From Macrostomum lignano (lineage: Eukaryota), in NCBI GenBank assembly GCA_002269645.1, contig NIVC01002235.1:62001-126000 (forward strand): 64,000 nt of DNA, in the 5' to 3' direction. The notes under the pieces were generated by a model. It saw nothing but the letters and a program-made list of their open reading frames with translations. It searched no databases and was not told the DNA's origin. The position numbers and the translations under genes were made by a program. Positions 1 through 12,327 of the stretch are shown here, piece after piece (position 1 is the stretch's first letter; each line of letters begins with the position of its first letter).

Positions 1-405
1 AACTTTCGATACATATCGGCAAGTTGTTTAAAATTTTCGATGCATATCGGCAAATTGTTTAAAACCTCCTATCGTAGAGGCGAATATTTAAAATTTTCGA
101 TACATGGGTAAATTTTTCAATTTTGGTAGATATCGTCGAATATTTAAATGTTTCGATACATATCGGTGAATAATTAGAACTGTCGATATATATCTAATCA
201 GCAAATCATTAAAAAATTTCTATTTATAACTGCAAAAGTTTACAAGCGTAGAAATTTCGAAAAACATAGGCAATTATATTGAAAACTTTCCTGTATGTAT
301 CGGTGAATGTTAAAATTTTCGATACATATCGGCAAATAAAGTTATTTTCGATTGTCACTGCAAATGAAAACTCAATATATTGTTCACTTGTCCCATTTTT
401 TCAAG

Positions 406-648
406 ATGGTTGACATTGTCGATGAAGAGACGGCTGGCCAGCAGGCCGGCTCTGACATGTACCACGAGATGGCCGAGGCGACTCGCCGGGCTCGAGGCGA
501 ACGCGAGCGCGAGCGTCAGCGCCTCGTAGCCGCACAAGAGGCCGCTTTGGAGCAGCAGCAGCAGTTTGGCGCGGCCGATGGCGATCAGCAGGAGCGCGGA
601 CCGGTGCTGTTCCGACCGCTGCTTGACGTGGCTAGCCTGCACGTTAAG
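406..648 (+). CDS. BLTP1: BLTP1/KIAA1109 coding exon (first in window; gene begins upstream of window)
   Basis: Acceptor ttttttcaag|ATG at 405/406 and donor AAG|gtgcga at 648/649; 243 nt, phase 0/0; joins in frame to the next exon. Confidence 0.75.
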
Positions 649-1013
649 GTGCGAGAGTTATATATCTTTCAAAACATATCGGCAATGTACTCTTATATGT
701 CGCAGATTTTTCTACAAACATTTTGTATATAAAACTCGATGGGCCTATTTTAACAGCAGTGTATAATTTCATATTCGCTTGAAAAAATAATCTTTTAAGT
801 AAATTTTGATACATATCGGCTATAATGAAAAAAAGATTTTTCTAAATTGATTTTAATAATTTTGATCTCTATTATACTACTACTTTCCTATAGTAGTAGA
901 ACTGAACTTTTTCTGATAAATTTTAATTTAGACCAAACCGATCAAAGCAAACTTCAATAGAAATGTTTTCGATACATATCGGCAAATTAAGTTTTTTCGT
1001 ATCTCTTATCTAG

Positions 1014-1643
1014 GGCGTTCGCCGCACAACTCTAATGAAAAAATTCGGCGGCAGCCTATCCACCACCTTCGTATTGGACACATTCCGCATCGATATTGTC
1101 GAATCGTTCGCTAGGAACCCCCTGTTAGCGGCTTCCGGTTCTGGCAAGACGCCAACTGCACCAGCCTCGACTGGCGCCCCTGGCCTGGCGCCGATGCCGC
1201 CGCCAACTATTCGAGTCAAGCGCGGCGCCACGGCCGCATCAGGCGAGACCGCATTCCGTTGCAACACCTTCGTTGTTCGGCTAGCCCTCAGCGACGTTGT
1301 CGATTTAACGTCAGTCGATACGTCGAATTTAAATCCGGGCGATTTCAATATTCGCGGCACTACAACTCGAATGTACTGCACTGTCACAGTGGACGCGCTA
1401 GAGCAGTACGTTCGCACTCCTCTGTTGCGTCTGGTGCACCAGTTCGTCACTATGATCTATCATATACACGATCAACGGGAAGAGATTGAGACCAGGCATA
1501 GCGGAGTGGGCAGGCACGGCGGGGTTGCCGCCGGAAGCGGCAGCGGAAGTGGCGGCGGCGGCGGCGGCGCTGGCGGCCTAGGCTACAGCTCAATCTTGTC
1601 TAAGAAGGCCAGCTATCAGAAGCACAAGAAGCAGGACTCGAAG
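1014..1643 (+). CDS. BLTP1: BLTP1 coding exon 2 (in-window numbering)
   Basis: tag|GGC acceptor, AAG|gtttgt donor; 630 nt, phase 0/0; encodes GVRRTTLMKKFGGSLSTTFVLDTFRIDIVES. Confidence 0.85.
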
Positions 1644-1774
1644 GTTTGTGGTGTAAACTGAGGGGCAGTACAAAAAAATACTTTGAGTTCCAAGATCGCA
1701 GTTCATATTACAGATCCCAACAATAAATTCTTATTCGGATCCCAGATCCCAGCTACCAACCTCATCTTTCATCT

Positions 1775-2605
1775 CAACCCCATTTTTTATCCCAACCTCA
1801 TTTTAGATCCCCATTCCATCTTACATCCCAACCCCATCTCTGATCCCCATTCCATCCCAGATCCCAATCCCATCCCAGATCCCAACCCCATCCCAGATCC
1901 CAATCCCATCCCAGATCCCAACCCCATCCCAGATCCCAATCCCATCCCAGATCCCAACCCCATCCCAGATCCCAACCCCATCCCAGATCCCAATCCCATC
2001 CCAGATCCCAACCCCATCCCAGATCCCAACCCCATCCCAGATCCCAATCCCATCCCAGATCCCAACCCCATCCCAGATCCCAATCCCATCCCAGATCCCA
2101 ACCCCATCTCAGATCCCAATCCCATCCCAGATCCCAACCCCATCCCAGATCCCAACCCCATCTCAGATCCCAACCCCATCCCAGACCCCAACCCCATCCC
2201 AGATCCCAACCCCATCCCAGATCCCAACCCCATCCCAGATCCCAACCCCATCCCAGATCCCAACCCCATCCCAGATCCCAACCCCATCCCAGATCCCAAC
2301 CCCATCCCAGATCCCAACCCCATCCCAGATCCCAACCCCATCCCAGATCCCAACCCCATCCCAGATCCCAACCCCATCCCAGATCCCAACCCCATCCCAG
2401 ATCCCAACCCCATCCCAGATCCCAACCCCATCCCAGATCCCAACCCATCCCAGATCCCAACCCCATCCCAGATCCCAATCCCATCCCAGACCCCAACCCC
2501 ATCCCAGATCCCAACCCCATCCCAGATCCCAACCCCATCCCAGATCCCAATCCCATCCCAGATCCCAACCCCATCCCAGATCCCAACCCCACTCCATCCC
2601 AGATC
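1775..2605. repeat. 18-bp minisatellite CCCAACCCCATCCCAGAT (BLTP1 intron 2)
   Basis: About 40 near-perfect tandem units. Confidence 0.97.
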
Positions 2606-2725
2606 CTAATGCACCGAAGCAATAGAATCAACCCTGGCAACAAAACTGTTGACATGGGATGCATTTAAGGGATTTTGGGGGATTCGATTTTCAAAAACAA
2701 ACAAATCCAACAACGCATTTTGCAG

Positions 2726-3705
2726 GGCTCCTCGTCAACTAATCGAAGCACTCTGCCATCGAATCGCAGCGCCAAAGGCTCCAGCGGCGGCGGCATCAGC
2801 GATGTCGGCCTGCCGTCGCCGAGCGACTCGTCCAATCGGGAATTCGCGCCCGAAGCTCGCGCCCTGTGCTGGAACCTGCTAGACGACTTCATCAACTGGT
2901 ATAGGAAAGGTCGAGTCGTGATCGGCGGTGACACAGTTGCTAAGCAGAAACAACTGCGCCCGATTCAAGAAGATCCGGAGGCTTCAGCTGCTGCCACCGC
3001 CGCCGCTGCCGCGGTTGGTCAACAGTCTGAAGGTGTCGATCTCGACGGGCTCGAAGACGAATCCTCGGACGTTGTTGGGCCTCAGCTGGTTCGATCGCAG
3101 GGCAGCTTCAAGCATCAGCATCCTTATCAGCATCAGGCATCGAGCAACAGTCAGCAGCACAGGCGGACTCCGTCGCATCGAGTCTGCTACTACAGTCCAG
3201 TACGGACTCCGCTGTTGATTCTGTTGTCATTCAAAATCCAGCGGGTGTTGATCAAAGCCAACATCAGAGAGTTGACCCTGGATCTGGAGGTCAACTCGGC
3301 TCACGGGATGTTCAGCTTTCGCAAAACTGCCAAACAGAAGCACCGCGAGATGGCCTTTCAAACTTGTACTAGTCTACATATCGGCGAGACTAAAGGCCGG
3401 TTTGTTGAAGCCTTCAAAGCCTCGGAGCAGGTTGTGTGCCAACTGACTGTGCACAAGTCGCACGCTTCGTTGCCTTATAATCGAAATCTAAGCGTTCGCG
3501 GTATCAACGAGAAATCGTCTTTGTACATCGGTTTGGGTCGCATAGAGATTCGAATACCGCATCATCCCGTGATGCTGCACGATGTTGTCCAACGGAGTAG
3601 CAAGATTATGACGTCAGAGTTGCAGGAGTTTATGATGCCGCCGCAGTTGGCTAAGGCTAAAGCTTCCGCGCCTATGTCGCCTGCTGACATGTCTAATAGT
3701 GCTCG
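2726..3705 (+). CDS. BLTP1: BLTP1 coding exon 3
   Basis: ttttgcag|GGC acceptor, CG|gtatgg donor; 980 nt, phase 0/2; includes IRIPHHPVMLHDVVQRSSKIMTSELQEF. Confidence 0.88.
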
Positions 3706-3714
3706 GTATGGATA

Positions 3715-5250
3715 TGGGTAACCTGGGTATCTGATTTCCTGGGTATCTGCTTGTCTGGGTATCTGATTTCCTGCTGGGTATCTGCTTGTCTGGGTATCTG
3801 ATTTCCTGGGTATCTGCTTTTCTAGGTATCTGATTTACTGGGTATCTGCTTGTCTGGGTATCTGCTTGTCTGGGTATCTGATTTCTTGGGTATCTGCTTG
3901 TCTGGGTATCTGATTTCCTGGGTATCTGCTTGTCTGGGTATCTGATTTCCTGCTGGGTATCTGCTTGTCTGGGTATCTGATTTCCTGGGTATCTGCTTTT
4001 GGGTATCTGATTTCCTGGGTATCTGCTTTTCTAGGTATCTGCTTGTCTGGGTATCTGATTTCCTGGGTATCTGCTTGTCTGGGTATCTGATTTCCTGGGT
4101 ATCTGCTTGTCTGGGTATCTGATTTCCTGCTGGGTATCTGCTTGTCTGGGTATCTGATTTCCTGGGTATCTGCTTTTGGGTATCTGATTTCCTGGGTATC
4201 TGCTTTTCTAGGTATCTGCTTGTCTGGGTATCTGATTTCCTGGGTATCTGCTTGTCTGGGTATCTGATTTCCTGGGTATCTGCTTGTCTGGGTATCTGAT
4301 TTCCTGGGTATCTGCTTTTGGGTATCTGATTTCCTGGGTATCTGCTTTTCTAGGTATCTGATTTACTGGGTATCTGCTTGTCTGGGTATCTGCTTGTCTG
4401 GGTATCTGATTTCCTGGGTATCTGCTTTTCTAGGTATCTGATTTACTGGGTATCTGCTTGTCTGGGTATCTGCTTGTCTGGGTATCTGATTTCTTGGGTA
4501 TCTGCTTGTCTGGGTATCTGATTTCTTGGGTATCTGCTTGTCTGGGTATCTGATTTCATGCTGGGTATCTGCTTGTCTGGGTATCTGATTTCCTGGGTAT
4601 CTGCTTTTGGGTATCTGATTTCCTGGGTATCTGCTTTTCTAGGTATCTGATTTACTGGGTATCTGCTTGTCTGGGTATCTGATTTCCTGCTGGGTATCTG
4701 CTTGTCTGGGTATCTGATTTCCTGCTGGGTATCTGCTTGTCTGGGTATCTGATTTCCTGGGTATCTGCTTTTGGGTATCTGATTTCCTGGGTATCTGCTT
4801 TTCTAGGTATCTGATTTACTGGGTATCTGCTTGTCTGGGTATCTGATTTCCTGCTGGGTATCTGCTTGTCTGGGTATCTGATTTCCTGGGTATCTGCTTT
4901 TGGGTATCTGATTTCCTGGGTATCTGATTTCCTGGATATCTGATTTCCTGGGTATCTGCTTGGCTGGGTATCGGATTTCCTGCTGGGTATCTGCTTGTCT
5001 GGGTATCTGATTTCTTGGGTATCTGCTTCCGTTGGCATCTGATTTTCTGGGTATCTGCTTCCCCTGTGTATCTGCTTTTCTGCTAGGTATCTGATTTCCT
5101 GCTGGGTATCTGCTTTCCTGGGTATCTGATTTCCTGGGTATCTGATTTCCCATGGGTACCTCCTTCCCTGGGTATCTCCTTCCCAAGGTATCTAATTTCC
5201 TAGGTATCTGCTTGTTTGGGTATCTAAGTTCCTGGGTATCTAAGTTTTTT
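3715..5250. repeat. About 16-bp compound minisatellite TGGGTATCTG(ATTTCC/CTTGTC) (intron 3)
   Basis: Alternating variants sharing a GGGTATCTG core. Confidence 0.95.
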
Positions 5251-5406
5251 GGTAACACTTCTTAATGTGTTCACTTTCTGTGTATATTCTTTCAAGTCTT
5301 TCTAGTAATTATTAATATAGACCAGTATCTATTTTTGCACTACCCCATTTAGTTCCTACTTGAAAAACAGAATTCATTTTTTATCCCACGCAACTCTCCC
5401 GAGCAG

Positions 5407-5980
5407 ATTGAGCTCGCCTCCTGGCGGCGACAGAGTCGACTCGGCGGCGCCAAAACAGCCGGGCTCCTCGGCTTCGGGCGCCGCTGGCGCCGCCACCGGT
5501 TCAAGCGGTGCCGCGGCCTTCGCAGCAGCAGCCGCAGCCGCCGGCGGCACCGCCGCCTCCTCTGCCGCGGCAAACCCGGCAGCTGCCGCCGCTGCATCGG
5601 CTGACAGAGCGGAGCTGAAAGAGCCGCCGTTACGCGTGAAGGTCAAAGCTCAACTAGCCGGCCTGATGATCGAAGCCGCTCTGAACTCCAGTTTATGCGC
5701 TAGATACGAAATCGATCCAATTAGTCTAATTGGTCAGGTGGGACCGTGCACCAGATTCCAGATGCTAGTTCCGGCTCAGAGTCTGCAATTCTCCATCAAT
5801 TCATCTAGTAGCGGCGGACTGCTCAATCGAGATCCGGACATACCGAACTCGGTTCGGGTGGCCTTCCCGTCTTGCTACCTGGTGACTGAGCACCGGCCCT
5901 ACGAATTGGAAGACGATATTGGCAAGGACGATCTCACTCAGGGATTGAAATATGTGTCCGGCGGATTCTTGGATGTTCAG
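5407..5980 (+). CDS. BLTP1: BLTP1 coding exon 4
   Basis: gagcag|A completes the CGA codon; CAG|gtgaga donor; 574 nt, phase 2/0. Confidence 0.85.
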
Positions 5981-7035
5981 GTGAGAGATTTGTGTCATAG
6001 AGATTTCAGGTGAGACTAGAGTAGATTTATTAGGGTGAGATTTGTATTATAGAGATTTCAGGTGAGACTAGAGTAGATTTATTAGGGTGAGATTTGTGTT
6101 ATAGAGATTTCAGGTGAGACTAGAGTAGATTTATTGGGGTGAGATTTGTGTCATAGAGATTTCAGGTGAGACTAGAGCAATTTATAGGGGTGAGATTTGT
6201 GTTATAGAGATTTCAGGTGAGACTAGAGCAATTTATAGGGGTGAGATTTGTTATAGAGATTTCAGGTGAGACTAGAGTAGATTTATTGGGGTGAGATTTG
6301 TGTCATAGAGATTTCAGGTGAGACTAGAGTGGATTTATAGGGGTGAGATTTGTGTTATAGAGATTTCAGGTGAGACTAGAGTAGATTTATTGGGGTGAGA
6401 TTTGTGTTATAGAGATTTCAGGTGAGACTAGAGTAGATTTATTGGGGTGAGATTTGTATTATAGAGATTTCAGGTGAGACTAGAGTAGATTTATTGGGGT
6501 GAGATTTGTGTTATAGAGATTTCAGGTGAGACTAGAGTAGATTTATTGGGGTGAAATATGTGTTATAGAGATTTCAGGTGAGACTAGAGTAGATTTATTG
6601 GGGTGAGATTTGTGTTATAGAGATTTCAGGTGAGACTAGAGTAGATTTATTGGGGTGAGATTTGTATTATAGAGATTTCAGGTGAGACTAGAGTAGATTT
6701 ATAGGGGTGAGATTTGTGTTATAGAGATTTCAGGTGAGACTAGAGTAGATTTATTGGGGTGAGATTTGTATTATAGAGATTTCAGGTGAAACTAGAGTAG
6801 ATTTATTGGGGTGAGATTTGTGCTATAGAGATTTTTCAAGGTGAGACTAGAGTAGATTTATAGGGGCGAGATTTGTATTATAGAGATTTCAGGTGAGACT
6901 AGAGTAGATTTATTGGGGTGAGATTTGTGTTATAGAGATTTCAAGGTGAGATTAGAGTAGATTTATTGGGGTGAGATTTGTGCTATAGAGATTTTTCAAG
7001 GTGAGACTAGAGTAGATTTATAGGGGCGAGATATG
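5981..7035. repeat. 52-bp minisatellite AGAGATTTCAGGTGAGACTAGAGTAGATTTATTGGGGTGAGATTTGTGTTAT (intron 4)
   Basis: About 20 units, beginning at the splice donor. Confidence 0.97.
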
Positions 7036-7206
7036 TGTTTTTTGTATCTTTTGTGTCTTTGTATCTCGGGGTGAGATTTTTATCTCACCTAGAGATGTCT
7101 GGTGAGATTAGAGTTGATTATTTTAGCGGTGAGAACTGAGATAACCCAAACCTACATAGTAGGAATATTGATTATATTATTATTATACAAAAAACCTTTG
7201 CTGCAG

Positions 7207-7590
7207 GCTCGAGTTGAAAAATTTCGTCACACGGTGTCTACCAGCGACCTCTACTATCTAATCATTGTTGTCCGCGTGTTCATGAAAGAGATTAACGAAA
7301 TTATTCAAAAGATGGCTGGCGATGCTGCAGCCGCTAACAATCTGGAGCAGGACGAGCAACAGCAGCAACAGCAGCAGCAGCAACAGTCTTCAACGCGTGC
7401 CCAGCAGCAACAGCAGCAACATCAGCCTCTTCTACTAACTACTCAAACTTCATTTGGGGCCAACAACAGTCCCGGGTTTCTCAGCAGCGTTCTGTTCAAT
7501 TTTAACGCAGTCTTTCGCGGCATCCGAGTGTCCGCCACGAGTCCGTCTTCGTCCGAGATTAAATATAAATCTGGCGAATTCTCTGTTCAG
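7207..7590 (+). CDS. BLTP1: BLTP1 coding exon 5
   Basis: ctgcag|GCT and CAG|gttagt; 384 nt. FMKEINEIIQKM and FRGIRVSATSP match human KIAA1109 FMKEVNEVIQKV and FKGIQVTATTP as recalled. Confidence 0.9.
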
Positions 7591-7629
7591 GTTAGTTTTG
7601 TGGGGCGTCCCGACGGCCCATCTGACTCC

Positions 7630-8190
7630 CTATCTTGACGGCCTGACACCCCATCTTAATGGATCTGACACCCAATCTTGACGGCCTGACACCCTATCTT
7701 GACGGCCTGACACCCCATCTTAATGTATCTGACACCCTATCTTGACGGCTTGACATCCTATCTTGACGGCCTGACACCCTATCTTGACGGCCTGACACCC
7801 CATCTTGATGGATCTGACGCTTCATCTTGACAGCCTGACACCCCATCTTGACGGCCTGACACCCCATCTTAATGTATCTGACACCCTATCTTGACGGCTT
7901 GACATCCTATCTTGACGGCCTGACACCCTATCTTGACGGCCTGACACCCCATCTTGATGGATCTGACGCTTCATCTTGACAGCCTGACACCCCATCTTGA
8001 TGGATCTGACACCCCACCTTGATGGATCTGACACCTCATCTTGACAGCCTGACACCCCATCCTGACAGATCTGACACCCCATCCTGACAGATCTGACACC
8101 CCATTCTGACAGATCTGACACCCAATCCTGACAGATCTGACACCCCATCCTGACGAATCTGACACACTACATGTATCTTGACTAACCCCT
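7630..8190. repeat. 21-bp minisatellite ACGGCCTGACACCCTATCTTG (intron 5)
   Basis: Tandem units that diverge toward the 3' end. Confidence 0.95.
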
Positions 8191-8233
8191 GACACCTGAC
8201 GCCTTCTACATGTATGCTCAATAACTAATTTAG

Positions 8234-8449
8234 GTGTCCAACCGAGTGCAATCTGAGCAAGAGTTCGTGCAACAGGCCAGCAACGAGTTATTCTTCAAAG
8301 CCAATCTCCCACTGCGGCTGGAACTCAACAGTCCGTTGAGCACGTTGGCCTTCTTCTACACTCAGATTCGGGCCAGGAATAACATGGTTACGGAGAGGAC
8401 TAGCGGACAGAATCAGAAGGCGTTCCTGTTCTCTGTACATCGGCCTCAC
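8234..8449 (+). CDS. BLTP1: BLTP1 coding exon 6
   Basis: tttag|GTG and CAC|gtgagt; 216 nt, phase 0/0; VSNR...LFSVHRPH resembles LSNR...LITLNRP. Confidence 0.88.
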
Positions 8450-8499
8450 GTGAGTCTAAATTCTGATATTCAATCTATTATGTGAATGGATTTTTTATC

Positions 8500-9350
8500 T
8501 CGTGAATGCCGACTCTCCGATCCCGTGAATGCCTATTAGCAAATCCCGTGAATGCCAATTAGCAAATCCCATGAATGCCAATTAGCAAATCCCATGAATG
8601 CCAATTAGCAAATCCCGTGAATGCCAATTAGCAAATCCCGTGAATACCGATGAGCAAATCCCGTGAATACCGACTAGCAAATTCCCTGAATACCGATAAG
8701 CAACTCCTGTGAATGCCAATTAGCAAATCCCATGAATGCCAATTAGCAAATCCCATGAATGCCAATTAGTAACTCCCGTGAATACTGATTTTCAAATCCC
8801 GTGAATGCTGATTAACAGATCCCATAAATATCAATAGCAAATCCGTGAATGCCAAGTAGCGAATCCCGTGAATGCCAATTAGCAAATCCCATGAATGCCA
8901 ATTAGTAACTCCCGTGAATACTGATTTGCAAATCCCGTGAATGCTGATTAACAGATCCCATAAATATCAATAGCAAATCCGTGAATGCCAAGTAGCAAAT
9001 CCCGTGAATGCCAATTAGCAAATCCCATGAATGCCAATTAGCAAATCCTATGAATGCCAATTAGTAACTCCCGTGAATACTGATTTGCAAATCCCGTGAA
9101 TGCCGATTAACAGATCCTGTAAATATCAATAGCAAATCCGTGAATGCCAATTAGCATATCCCTTGAATGCCAATTAGCAAATCCGTGAATAGCGATTAGC
9201 CAATCCTTGAATACCAACTGGCAAATCCCGTGAATACCGATTAGCAAATTCTGTGAATACCGATTAGCAAATCCCGTGAGTACCGATTAGCAAATCCCGT
9301 GAATACCGATTTGCAAATCCCGTGAGTACCAAGAGCAAATCCGTGATTGC
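8500..9350. repeat. 23-bp minisatellite GTGAATGCCAATTAGCAAATCCC (intron 6)
   Basis: Tandem diverged units. Confidence 0.95.
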
Positions 9351-9392
9351 ATGCTAATCAGCCAATCCTGTGAACGCACTCCCCCGTCACAG

Positions 9393-9668
9393 ATCTACAT
9401 CGAAGCCGAGGCGGTGAACAAAGCCTTAGTATTGCTAAATTACAACTACGCAAAAACCTGGGAGAAATGCGAAAACTATTTCAACGCGTTGGATCGAGAA
9501 GCGGCCAAGACTGCGGCCAGAGGCTACCAGCATCAGCATCATCTGAGGCCCACTAGCACTGCCCCAGTTCTAGCCAATGTTAGTCCTCCAATCCGAATCC
9601 GCCAAGCCAAGGACGCCCCGGTGCCGGTGCAAACGGACGAGTCGTCTACAGTGTTTTTGCAATTGACG
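9393..9668 (+). CDS. BLTP1: BLTP1 coding exon 7
   Basis: cacag|ATC and ACG|gtaatt; 276 nt; ends FLQLT (human FLQLTV). Confidence 0.9.
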
Positions 9669-9784
9669 GTAATTGGTTGTCGTTCATCTTGGATTAATGC
9701 TGAGTGTAGGGCTCAGTATCAGTGTATCCGGGGAGTCCCATGGTTGGATCTGAGGTTTCCCGGGAATCTTATACATGTATCTTC

Positions 9785-10795
9785 ATCGGGGGTTTCCCTC
9801 CCGGGAATATCATTTTCATTGGGATTTCCCTCTAGGAACTCCCATGTCTGCGCCCGGGGTTTCCCTCCCGGGAATCGCATATCCGTATTGGGGTTTCCCT
9901 GCCCGGGAATTCCATATCTGCGCCCGGGGTTTCCCTCCCGGGAATCCCATATCTATATTGGGGTTTCTCTGCCCGGGAATTTCATATCTGCGTGACTGCG
10001 TCTGGGGTTTCCCTCCCGGGAATCCCATATTTTTATTGGGGTTTTCCTACCAGAATCCATATTTTTATTGGGGTTTTCCTCCCGGGAATCCCATATCTTT
10101 ATTGGGGTTTTCCTCCCGGAACCCATATTTTTATTGGGGTTTTCCTCCCGGGAATCCCATATCTTTATTGGGGTTTTCCTCCCGGAACCCAATATTTTTA
10201 TTGGGGTTTTCCTCCCGGGAATCCCATATCCATATTAGGGTTTTCCTCCCGGGAATTCCATATCTTTATTGGGGTTTTCCTCCCGGGAATCCCATATCTG
10301 TATTGGGGTTTCCCTGTCCGGGAATTCCATATCTGCGTTAATGCGTCTGGGGTTTCCCTCCCGGGAATCCCATATTTTTATTGGGGTTTTCCTACCAGAA
10401 CCCATATTTTTATTGGGGTTTTCCTCCCGGGAATCCCATATCTTTATTGGGGTTTTCCTCCCAGAACCCATATTTTTATTGGGGTTTTCCTCCCGGGAAT
10501 CCCATATCCAATATTAGGGTTTTCCTCCCGGAAATTCCATATCTTTATTGGGGTTTTCCTCCCGGGAACTCCACATCTGTATTGGGGTTTCCCTGCCCGG
10601 GAATTCCATATCTGCGTGACTGCGTCTGGGGTTTCCCCCGGGAATCCCATATCTGTATTGGGGTTTCCCTGTCCGGGAATTCCATATCTGCGTGAATGCG
10701 TCTGGGGTTTCCCTCCTGGGAATCCCATATCTTTATTAGGGTTTTCCTCCCGGAACCCAATATTTTTATTGGGGTTTTCCTCCCGGGAATCCCAT
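9785..10795. repeat. About 34-bp minisatellite TTATTGGGGTTTTCCTCCCGGGAATCCCATAT (intron 7)
   Basis: Tandem units containing CCCGGG. Confidence 0.95.
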
Positions 10796-10841
10796 TCTTG
10801 ATTGACAAATAATCCATAAAATCACGAACCCGTGTCTCCAG

Positions 10842-11638
10842 GTGGAAGACTTCGGCATCGCCCTGCACACCGGGTCAATCGCATGCGTGGACAAAGTGGA
10901 CAGTCCCACAGCCCTGGTGCTAACGCTGGAATCCAGCCGCATCTCCGCAGTCTATAAAAACGCCTCGTTCGCTTCCGAAGGCTCGTTCGCTAATTTCTGT
11001 CTCCGTTTTGAAGACGATTTCAACCAATCCTCGGAGGACTGGAAGCCGGAAGTCTCAACGGTGTCAAATTTCGATCGGATCGTGTTCAACGCCTGCGCCG
11101 TGCCCGAAGGCTCGTTCAAAATCTGTTCTAGCAGTAAGAATTCCGACACAGAATTAGCCGCTACCCTAGTCAAGACTATGCTAGATTTCCACTGGCAAAT
11201 GCACGGCTTGGACATTCATCTCGACATTAATATTGGCAAACGGCTTAAGCATCTGTTCTATACGTTGAAAAAGATTATGACTGGTGACGACAGCCAGACT
11301 GGCGGCGACTCCGGCCGCCCTGGCGACTCCTCGGCGGCTACGGACAGACAGACAGTGGTGAGCCAGATTGATCAGCGCAAAGTGGAACTGGAGCAGCTGC
11401 TAGCAGACAATACTCTGGACTCCAGAGCCATACAACTAGCTGGCACTAAAAAGATGGAGATCGACAACTTTGAGGATATATTGTTGAAGCGTACGAAAAA
11501 GTCGTTAATTAGCAAGTTAAGGAAGCGCGGCAGGCAGCATTCAGTGTTTAATGAGGCCTCTGCTGGCGGGCTAAGCGGCGAAGTCGGTCCTAGCGCCGCA
11601 GGCGGCGTCGCCAGCGTTTCTCGGCGATCCAGCGACAG
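10842..11638 (+). CDS. BLTP1: BLTP1 coding exon 8
   Basis: ctccag|GTG and AG|gtaagc; 797 nt, phase 0/2. NFCLRFEDDF, DWKPE, NACAVPEG and WQMHGLDIHLDINIGKRL match KIAA1109 NFCIRFADGF, DWKPE, NACVVPDG and WKMCGIDVHMDPNIGKRL. Confidence 0.93.
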
Positions 11639-12327
11639 GTAAGCAAAAACCAGCCCTTCCCCTTCTTTTATATTCTATTTTACTCATAAAATTAGAAATT
11701 AAACTGCATGCTCGAATTAGACTACTTATCGAAACTTTTTGAGTAGAAATATTAGAATTTTATCGCAATATGATTTTAAAATCTATATTAATAAATGTTA
11801 TAAATTCCATTTTTGCGTACTTTATTAAAGAAAATATAGCTGGAGTGGTAGTGGAGAGACTTCACTTTGGTACGTTGTGTCTCTGTGCATGCTGTAATTC
11901 TGTTCTTAGCATGTTTTTGTAGTTAATGAAAATTCGTTTTATTGTTTTTGCTTCTACTAGCATGACGAACCTATACCAATATTTCCCAATCGTTTGTCTC
12001 ATTATTCTCTCATTTTTTGGTTTTTTATTTTCAGTTTCTCAGGCTTAGGCGCACTAATTCGATTGCGAAGGTATTTACCATAAATTGCGCACTGTCATTT
12101 TTCTATTGAGTAGCTTGGGTGTAAATTAATTTACTTCAGTCGGAGATTATACAGCTGAATACTATTTTTAAACCCGGTTCTGTGCTTCTACTCCAGTTTG
12201 TTGAGCTGCTTCTTACTAACAGGTGCTTAATCTAAGCATTTTTGAGCTTTTAATAAAAAACTGTTATAATTAGCTTAGTTACTTTTAGATATTGTATTGC
12301 ATATATACATGTGTATGCACTTTACTA

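Noticed and set aside
1683-2664. PDPNPI / GSGMGL / WDLGWG repeat ORFs resembling circumsporozoite-like or mucin-like proteins
   Set aside because: They lie entirely within the 18-bp intronic array bounded by canonical splice sites of BLTP1.
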